Assembly (NCBI GenBank): GCA_051532035.1
Contig: JAOPTW010000036.1
Location: 32,001 to 96,000 of the forward strand
DNA length: 64,000 bases
Direction: 5' to 3'
Source: Fibrobacterales bacterium
GTDB lineage: Bacteria; Fibrobacterota; Fibrobacteria; Fibrobacterales; JAOPTW01
This document shows, piece after piece, positions 57,731 through 64,000 of the stretch (positions within the stretch are counted from its first letter, which is position 1; each line of letters starts with the position of its first letter). The notes beneath the pieces were generated by a model. It did no database searches and was not told where the DNA came from. It saw only the letters and a list, made by a program, of their open reading frames with translations. The translations under genes and the position numbers were made by a program.

Positions 57731-58768
57731 ATGCTCAAAAAAACCATTATTCTTGGGGTTGCTCTCCTTACAATTCTTGGGATGCGGTACTATTTCAGAT
57801 CGCAACAACCCCTTCCTTCAGAAAGTACGTGGCACAAACGTCATTTCAATAATCTCTATACTCAAATAAATCTCACTCACTTTACCACACCCTCCATCGA
57901 CTCCCTTGTATATGATTCACTCGTGTCGACTTTTACAACATTTACCGAACAAGTACAGGCTAACTCATCTCTCGATTCCATAGTTTTTCACGCCGACTCT
58001 GGGGCTCAAATCCCCCTTTCTCCGGTTCTCTATGAACTTTTTGCATACGGCCTCACGACATTTTCCCAAACAGATGGTGCTATAAATGTTGGTATCGGAA
58101 ACTTACTCAGAGAGTATGGCCTTCTTTGGAATATGACGCCTCACCTCCCGAGCAAAGAAGCCATTACCCATTTAGTCAACAAAATGAACACCCCTTTTTA
58201 CCGACTCGACAGTACAACACAATCAATTATTATTGAACGCACGAGAGAACACTTTGCCCTTGGTTCATTTTCAAAAGGCAAGGCTCTCGATCTTGCTGAA
58301 TCTATTTTTTCCCACTATAGCATTGAACACTATCTTCTCGAAGTGGGTGGCGATATTATCTACAAAGGACAAAACCATAAAAACCGTCCTTGGACTGTCG
58401 GTATACAAGACCCCAACACCTCCCATGGCCTTCTGTCGGCACTCTCTCTTGCAGACCCTCGGCTTAACAGCATGGCTACTTCAGGAGGCTATGAGAAATA
58501 CTTTGTCGATGCGACCGGAGTAAAACATCACCACATTATCAACCCAAAAACGGGTTACTCTATAACCGACAAAAAAAGTGTCTCAGTTGTCAGCAGTGGT
58601 GGCATGGCAACAGATTTCTGGGCAACCTATCTCTTCGTACTCCCTGTAGACTCTGCAATAGCACTCGTAGAGAGGACAAAATATCTCGAAGCAATAATTA
58701 TCGCAGCCAATGACTCCATGAGTGTCAGTAGCGGCCTTACAAACAAGATAACCCCTTTAACGAAATAA
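57731..58768 (+). CDS. apbE: FAD:protein FMN transferase ApbE
   Basis: N-terminal anchor; TDGAINVG.G.L; LGSFSKG.A.D; E.GGDI; PW.VGIQDP; MATSGGYE.YF; HHIINPKTG; SVSV; D.WAT. Confidence 0.9.
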   Translation: MLKKTIILGVALLTILGMRYYFRSQQPLPSESTWHKRHFNNLYTQINLTHFTTPSIDSLVYDSLVSTFTTFTEQVQANSSLDSIVFHADSGAQIPLSPVLYELFAYGLTTFSQTDGAINVGIGNLLREYGLLWNMTPHLPSKEAITHLVNKMNTPFYRLDSTTQSIIIERTREHFALGSFSKGKALDLAESIFSHYSIEHYLLEVGGDIIYKGQNHKNRPWTVGIQDPNTSHGLLSALSLADPRLNSMATSGGYEKYFVDATGVKHHHIINPKTGYSITDKKSVSVVSSGGMATDFWATYLFVLPVDSAIALVERTKYLEAIIIAANDSMSVSSGLTNKITPLTK

Positions 58769-58786
58769 ACCTCACTAAGGATTGAT

Positions 58787-59776
58787 ATGCAATATAATCG
58801 ACTCGGAACATCAGGACTACAAGTAAGTGAACTCTCTTTTGGCTCATGGGTAACGTTTCACGATCAACTCGGAATCGCCGAAGCTAAAAAATGCATGCAT
58901 GCTGCATTCGAAGCAGGGGTCAACTTTTTTGACAATGCCGAAGCCTATGCCGGCGGTAAAGCCGAAGTTGTAATGGGCGAAGCGCTTAAAGAGTTTAACC
59001 GCGATGAACTCGTTATATCTACAAAAATTTTCTGGGGTGGTAAAAAACCAAACCAAGAAGGTCTTTCGCGTAAACACATTATAGAGGGTACCCAAAATGC
59101 TCTAAAACGATTTGATCTTGATTATGTAGACCTTCTGTATTGTCACCGCCCAGACCCCCATACCCCAATCGAAGAGACCGTGAGAGCGATGAACTGGTGT
59201 ATCGAAAAAGGATACGCATTCTACTGGGGAACTTCTGAGTGGACCGCAAAAGAGATTCAAGAAGCAATTGATATCTGTGATCGTCTTGGCCTTATACGAC
59301 CCACTATGGAACAACCACAATATAACATGCTTGTTCGCGACAAGGTAGAACGTGAGTTTGCTCCTCTCTATGCAAAATATGGATTAGGCACAACTATTTG
59401 GAGCCCCTTGGCAAGTGGTGTTCTTACAGGTAAATACAATGATGGCATCCCTAAAGATTCACGTCTCGCACAAGTTGATTGGCTCAGAGATATGTTTCAA
59501 AATGAAGGTGGCTTTTTGAGTGGTGATGAAGTAATTTTAAAAATTAAGAAGATCACCGAAATTGCTCAGGACCTCGGGTGCTCAACCGCACAACTTGCTC
59601 TCGCATGGTGCCTCAAGAATCCTCATGTCTCTACGGTAATAACTGGCGCGAGTCGTATTGAACAAGTTACTGAAAACATGAAAGCAATTGAAATCAAAAA
59701 GAGTCTTACAGAAGAACTCATGACAACCATTGATGAAATTCTGGGCAACAAGCCCGACATGAGTGCTGAGTGGTAA
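58787..59776 (+). CDS. Aldo/keto reductase (Kv-beta-like)
   Basis: LG.SGLQVSELSFGSW, FFDNAEAY, STKIFWG, HRPD, YWGTSEW, WSPLASG.LTGKY. Confidence 0.93.
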   Translation: MQYNRLGTSGLQVSELSFGSWVTFHDQLGIAEAKKCMHAAFEAGVNFFDNAEAYAGGKAEVVMGEALKEFNRDELVISTKIFWGGKKPNQEGLSRKHIIEGTQNALKRFDLDYVDLLYCHRPDPHTPIEETVRAMNWCIEKGYAFYWGTSEWTAKEIQEAIDICDRLGLIRPTMEQPQYNMLVRDKVEREFAPLYAKYGLGTTIWSPLASGVLTGKYNDGIPKDSRLAQVDWLRDMFQNEGGFLSGDEVILKIKKITEIAQDLGCSTAQLALAWCLKNPHVSTVITGASRIEQVTENMKAIEIKKSLTEELMTTIDEILGNKPDMSAEW

Positions 59777-59797
59777 TTACCTCGGCGTAAAATTGTC

Positions 59798-59828
59798 AGA
59801 CCCACCTCACATGAGTTGGGTCTTTTTT
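59798..59828 (+). terminator. Intrinsic terminator
   Basis: AGACCCA-C-CTCA-CA-TGAG-T-TGGGTCT followed by a T-tract. Confidence 0.7.
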
Positions 59829-60759
59829 ATTGATTAGAATACAGAAAAGACTCAGCCACTATCTGAGTACCACGTTCAGTAGCCATATCTTTATCCCAGC
59901 CCCATGGCGTAATGAGTGTACATTTTACTTGTGCGGCACCAAGCGCACCGGGAATTGCCTTCTGTATGGATACTCCGTCAGCGAGTTGTGCAAGAAGACT
60001 CCCCAAGAAGACATCACCTGCCCCAATGGGATTAACAACAGAGTTAAGCACAGACTGTTGATACTCTACTAACTCCTCCCCATCACAATACCACGTTGAT
60101 CGTGGGCCATCAGTTACAATAATCTGCGCTACTCCATATTGATTTTGTAGCCGACACCACCCAACTGCGACATCTTCTGTATCAACGAGTTCCAATAGTT
60201 CATCTCGATTAATTTTAAGAAGCCATACTCCATGTTTCAAAATGGACTCCACCTGCTTCACTCCATCAAGCACTACTCGACACTCTTTCATTTCACTAAG
60301 AATTATATTAAAAAGATAGTCAGGGGTTCCTTGAGGATACGTTCCACAAAAAGCAACGTAAGTGTATCCTGAGACTACAGTCTTTAATTGGTCAGCAAAT
60401 GTCACCATGTCATGTTCGGTAACAGTGAGCCCAGGTTCAATAATTTCTGTTACAGGGCCCGTTTCGCTTATCAGAGAGTGACAAAAACGCACCTCTCCCT
60501 CACCGCTACAGATAAGAGAGCCAATAGTATTCCCTGTCAAAAATTGAGTAATGGCACTAGCCTTAGAGCCAGATAGTACATGAGCAAGGGTCACCTGAGC
60601 TCCCCACGCCTTTGCAGCCATAGCGCAGTTAATTCCTTTACCCGAAGGAAACTCCTGTATTGACGTCACTCTATTGACTTCTCCAAGAGAGAGAGACGAT
60701 AAGTGCATAACTCGTTGCCACGAAGGATTAAGTCCAATAATTAAAAGAGGGAGCGACAT
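59827..60759 (-). CDS. PfkB-family carbohydrate kinase (1-phosphofructokinase-like)
   Basis: LNPS, GEVNR, GKGINCA, LLKIN..EL, VTDG, NPIGAGDVF. Confidence 0.85.
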   Translation of the reverse strand: MSLPLLIIGLNPSWQRVMHLSSLSLGEVNRVTSIQEFPSGKGINCAMAAKAWGAQVTLAHVLSGSKASAITQFLTGNTIGSLICSGEGEVRFCHSLISETGPVTEIIEPGLTVTEHDMVTFADQLKTVVSGYTYVAFCGTYPQGTPDYLFNIILSEMKECRVVLDGVKQVESILKHGVWLLKINRDELLELVDTEDVAVGWCRLQNQYGVAQIIVTDGPRSTWYCDGEELVEYQQSVLNSVVNPIGAGDVFLGSLLAQLADGVSIQKAIPGALGAAQVKCTLITPWGWDKDMATERGTQIVAESFLYSNQ

Positions 60760-60767
60760 TGTCTATC

Positions 60768-61418
60768 CTAAGAGTGTAACCATGTCGGTAAATCATTTAG
60801 ATCATTTAGTATATGCGTTTCATCTAAGATCGCGTGCCACTGTTTTTGTGATTGATGCCCCGCTTCAATAAGGAGTGCATCGATACCATTCTCTTTGGCT
60901 ACTTCATAATCGTGTAAGGTATCACCAACCAACAGTGTCTGGCTAGGGTTGATATCGTACCGATCAAGCATCTCTTTAAGAGAGTGACTTTTTGAATCAG
61001 CACGATCATCAGTCACGCCATACACTGCGGTAAAAAAAGCGTCTACACCATATTCTTTTACAGCAATATCCAAGCGTTCCTGTTTATAGGCAGATATGAT
61101 ACCAAGGGAATAGTGTTGCCCTAACGCCTCAAGTACCTCCATAGTACCTGTATGGAGCAGTACTGTATCGAGAGCAGCATGATAGATATTCATAAATACC
61201 TGTGAAAGGTCATCAAATGTGTAATCAGAAAAGTCAAAACCAAGTTTCTCATAAAACTCTATGAGTGGAAAACCAAAATGGTCGAGGTACCACTCACGGG
61301 TTATTTCTGGTACAGAGTACTGCTTACAAATTGTGTTCACAATCTTGAGGCCATAATCTACATCATCCAGAAGAGTGCCATTCCAATCAAATAAGATCCA
61401 TTGATACTTGTGAGCCAT
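60768..61418 (-). CDS. HAD-superfamily hydrolase
   Basis: FDWNGTLLDD motif I; ISA; SK; VGDTLHDYEVA. Confidence 0.9.
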   Translation of the reverse strand: MAHKYQWILFDWNGTLLDDVDYGLKIVNTICKQYSVPEITREWYLDHFGFPLIEFYEKLGFDFSDYTFDDLSQVFMNIYHAALDTVLLHTGTMEVLEALGQHYSLGIISAYKQERLDIAVKEYGVDAFFTAVYGVTDDRADSKSHSLKEMLDRYDINPSQTLLVGDTLHDYEVAKENGIDALLIEAGHQSQKQWHAILDETHILNDLNDLPTWLHS

Positions 61419-62101
61419 TATATCATATCCCGATTCATCACCCGACCACGATCAAGAATTATACGTCTAAACGTACTATATTCATAGAGACCAGGATTGT
61501 GGGTTGCCATTACTATGGTCGTTCCTTGAGCATTAATATCTTTTAAAATCTCAAACACCTGTTGTGCATTTTCTGGATCTAGGTTACCCGTTGGCTCATC
61601 AGCAACAATAACCGAAGGATTATGTACCATTGCCCGGGCTATTGCAACACGTTGTTGCTCTCCCCCAGAAAGTGCCAAAGGGTGGAGCGATCTTCGGTGA
61701 GTAATCCCAAGGTAATTCATCACCTCATTGACCCGTTCTTTTATCTTATGTGAAGGATAGCCCGTAATGCGAAGGGTAAAAGCAATATTGTCAAATACTG
61801 ACCTATCGGTAAGGAGTTTAAAGTCCTGAAATATAATGCCCAATTTACGGCGAAACTGTTGTACCTGAGAGAGTGATGCATTTTTTGAATCATACACATT
61901 ATCTTGCCCATATGATATAAGCACCTGCCCTCCCTTTGGGTCTGGACGTTCTTGCATATATATATGTTTAAGGAGTGTTGTTTTACCCGCCCCTGAACTT
62001 CCCGTAAGAAAAACAAATTCTCCTTTACTAATCTTTAGAGTGACATCATCAAGGGCTCGATAGCCATCAAACGTCTTACTGACATGTTGAAAATGGATCA
62101 T
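61418..62101 (-). CDS. ftsE: Cell division ABC ATPase FtsE
   Basis: [67 protein letters not shown]. Confidence 0.85.
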   Translation of the reverse strand: MIHFQHVSKTFDGYRALDDVTLKISKGEFVFLTGSSGAGKTTLLKHIYMQERPDPKGGQVLISYGQDNVYDSKNASLSQVQQFRRKLGIIFQDFKLLTDRSVFDNIAFTLRITGYPSHKIKERVNEVMNYLGITHRRSLHPLALSGGEQQRVAIARAMVHNPSVIVADEPTGNLDPENAQQVFEILKDINAQGTTIVMATHNPGLYEYSTFRRIILDRGRVMNRDMI

Positions 62102-62847
62102 GGCTTTTGTACCAAAAGATGGATTCTTAGTGACTTACCTGTAGGTTTTTTTAAACTCTGTTCAGAGTATGCCCCTTTAACAATAAAGCCTGCAGCTTTA
62201 CACTGTGCGACAACCTGTTTATATGGGTAGACCTTTTGAATATGATCCTCTTCAATTTTTGCGTAAAGCCCATTCTCTGTTTTAACAAAAAAAATAAAAT
62301 CATTGTGCTGAAGATTATTATTTGGATCATACCAGGAGTTTCTCACATATTCAAAATCACCACAGTCTTCATGAAAAGCATCATCCATAAAATAGGTCTC
62401 AGAATTGTACTCAGTGGTCATATCAAATAGAAAGTGTCCCTCTGGCTCTAAAACACGGTAGACCTCTTTAAACATATCTTCGACCTCATACTCTGTAACC
62501 ATGTAGTTAAAGGCATCATAGAGCATCATGACAAAATCAAAACCGGGTTTAAACGGGAGAGCCCGCATATCGCAACAGGTAGTCTTTAAGGTCGATTTAC
62601 TCCAAGCATTTTGGAGCATCGTTTCAGAAAGATCGGTATAGACCGTATAGGCTTCCGATCCAAAATCGAGAAATCGAGCATGCTGACAAGTGCCAGCACC
62701 AAGCTCAAGAATACGTGTTGGTACAACTTTATGTTTTTTTAATAGTGTTGCAATGTACTGTGACCACTCTGAATAGTCTACGTGGCACATAATCTGGTCG
62801 TACCAAGAGCTTATATGTACATAAGAGTTATACGATTGCGAGCACAT
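62098..62847 (-). CDS. Class I SAM-dependent methyltransferase
   Basis: YD..M.HVDY..W; ILELGAGT; DLS..ML; DMR; DAFNY; L.P.G.F.FD. Confidence 0.88.
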   Translation of the reverse strand: MCSQSYNSYVHISSWYDQIMCHVDYSEWSQYIATLLKKHKVVPTRILELGAGTCQHARFLDFGSEAYTVYTDLSETMLQNAWSKSTLKTTCCDMRALPFKPGFDFVMMLYDAFNYMVTEYEVEDMFKEVYRVLEPEGHFLFDMTTEYNSETYFMDDAFHEDCGDFEYVRNSWYDPNNNLQHNDFIFFVKTENGLYAKIEEDHIQKVYPYKQVVAQCKAAGFIVKGAYSEQSLKKPTGKSLRIHLLVQKP

Positions 62848-62861
62848 CTATGACAACCAGA

Positions 62862-63998
62862 TTAAGGTAATACTAATTTCTTAAGATTCTCATCAAGTAT
62901 ATTTACATAAACCAGACTACGCCATTTCTTCATATACCCTTCAAGTTTTTTCTGAGAAAGATTGTTCATTGTCATCATCTCTAACTGAGGAAAATCATCA
63001 TTAATTGAAAGGGTACGTTCTGCAAGTTGTTGTTCTAAATAGAGCACATTCCAAGTTTCTTCAATAAGGAATGGTTCCGAAACACCTTTTTCTTGAAGCC
63101 CTTGCAGTACCACTGTGAGCGTAGGATCAACCTGAGGTCGTTCAAACCAGCCGAGAAGTCCACCTCTTTTATTCGTTGCATTATCACTTGAATATTTTTG
63201 TGAGAGGTCTGCAAAAGACTCGCCTTTTATTACAAGAGCCGCAATTGAATCAGCCATCGCTTTAACTTTCAAAGTATCTGCACCATTGGGCAACACCCCC
63301 AACAATATATGAGCAGCTTGAATTTCATTATCCTGTCTTTGGAGTACTTTTATAATATGAAACCCTTTTTTAGTATGAACGGGAAATTCAGTATACCGAC
63401 CAATGGGAGTACGAAATGCATAGCGTTCAAATTCTGGGTCATGAGCTCCTTTCTTGAAAAAGCCAAGATCACCACCACTTCCTGAAGTAAAATCCTGAGA
63501 CCAACTATCTGCGAGAGTATCAAATGCGGCCCCTTTGTTAAGTTCACTAATAAGTGAATCAGCAAGTGCACGTACCGAATCGAGTCTCTCTCTATTCGGT
63601 TTGATTTTCATAGTCAGCTTTCTCAATTTCACACAGTTATATTGTTTAGGAAGCTTTTCTTTATTCTCTGTATAAAACTGTTCAACATCTTTAAGAGTGG
63701 GGAGAAGGCGGCCTACATATTTTCCACGCACCTTATTAAGAATTGCCTGTTGAGACAACTGCTCACCGACATACACTCTGAATTTAGACATTGTCATACC
63801 GGTCTCTTGCAGTATTCTTTGTGCCAATTGCGCTTTATTGGGAATATTTACTGCAAGCTTAGCAATATGGTTATCAACCAACTCATTGAGTTCATCTGGC
63901 CCAACCAATAGAGTATCAAGGCGTGCCTTTGCAAGAACTATTTTCTCATCGATCAGCTTATCAAGTACCTTCGCCTTGAGTTCCAAGCCATCAAGAGT
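62862..63998 (-). CDS. surA: SurA-like periplasmic chaperone with two parvulin domains, 5'-truncated by window edge
   Basis: VLDKLIDEK.VL..A; F..LA...SQD..S..GGDLGF...PEFE..AF...T..GFHII; F.DL...YS.D.....GG.LGW; frame is open to the window edge. Confidence 0.85.
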   Translation of the reverse strand, partial: TLDGLELKAKVLDKLIDEKIVLAKARLDTLLVGPDELNELVDNHIAKLAVNIPNKAQLAQRILQETGMTMSKFRVYVGEQLSQQAILNKVRGKYVGRLLPTLKDVEQFYTENKEKLPKQYNCVKLRKLTMKIKPNRERLDSVRALADSLISELNKGAAFDTLADSWSQDFTSGSGGDLGFFKKGAHDPEFERYAFRTPIGRYTEFPVHTKKGFHIIKVLQRQDNEIQAAHILLGVLPNGADTLKVKAMADSIAALVIKGESFADLSQKYSSDNATNKRGGLLGWFERPQVDPTLTVVLQGLQEKGVSEPFLIEETWNVLYLEQQLAERTLSINDDFPQLEMMTMNNLSQKKLEGYMKKWRSLVYVNILDENLKKLVLP

Positions 63999-64000
63999 GC

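Noticed and set aside
89..63911. Many short antisense or alternate-frame ORFs in the ORF track (e.g. 89..424, 17013..17342, 37370..37750, 45034..45408, 52634..53158)
   Set aside because: They overlap well-supported genes and show no motifs or RBS, so they are treated as shadow ORFs

Overview
A roughly 40% GC bacterial chromosomal window with no rRNA, tRNA, CRISPR array or transposase that I can see. Two TGCNC-N4-GTGCA boxes at SOS genes, matching the Fibrobacter LexA box as I recall it, and an S16 with a long acidic tail suggest a Fibrobacterota/FCB-group organism (inference). Housekeeping genes (rpsP-rimM-trmD-rplS, tyrS, xseAB, umuDC/SRAP, dinB, topB, pgi, nadE, ftsE, surA) surround a ~22 kb redox island at 14.1-36.1 kb. 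The island has five parts. (i) A flavinylation-type outer-membrane operon: DUF2271 lipoprotein, CxxxxCH cytochrome, DUF4266, DUF3570 barrel and TlpA, carrying three DxxS/TGAS/T motifs, with apbE 40 kb away. (ii) A convergent trans-envelope heme operon: ImcH-like 7-heme, CbcL-like 11-heme plus cytochrome b, beta-barrel, and 9-, 5- and 4-heme cytochromes. (iii) hemA with a sensor kinase and a sigma-54 activator. (iv) 8-heme and 6-heme lipoprotein genes, each with a sigma-54 -24/-12 promoter and an identical 22-bp upstream element. (v) A System II cytochrome c maturation operon. I count 53 heme-binding motifs in 8 genes. This looks like a self-contained extracellular electron transfer system combining heme and flavin conduits. 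Family names come from motif recognition only; no database searches were run.
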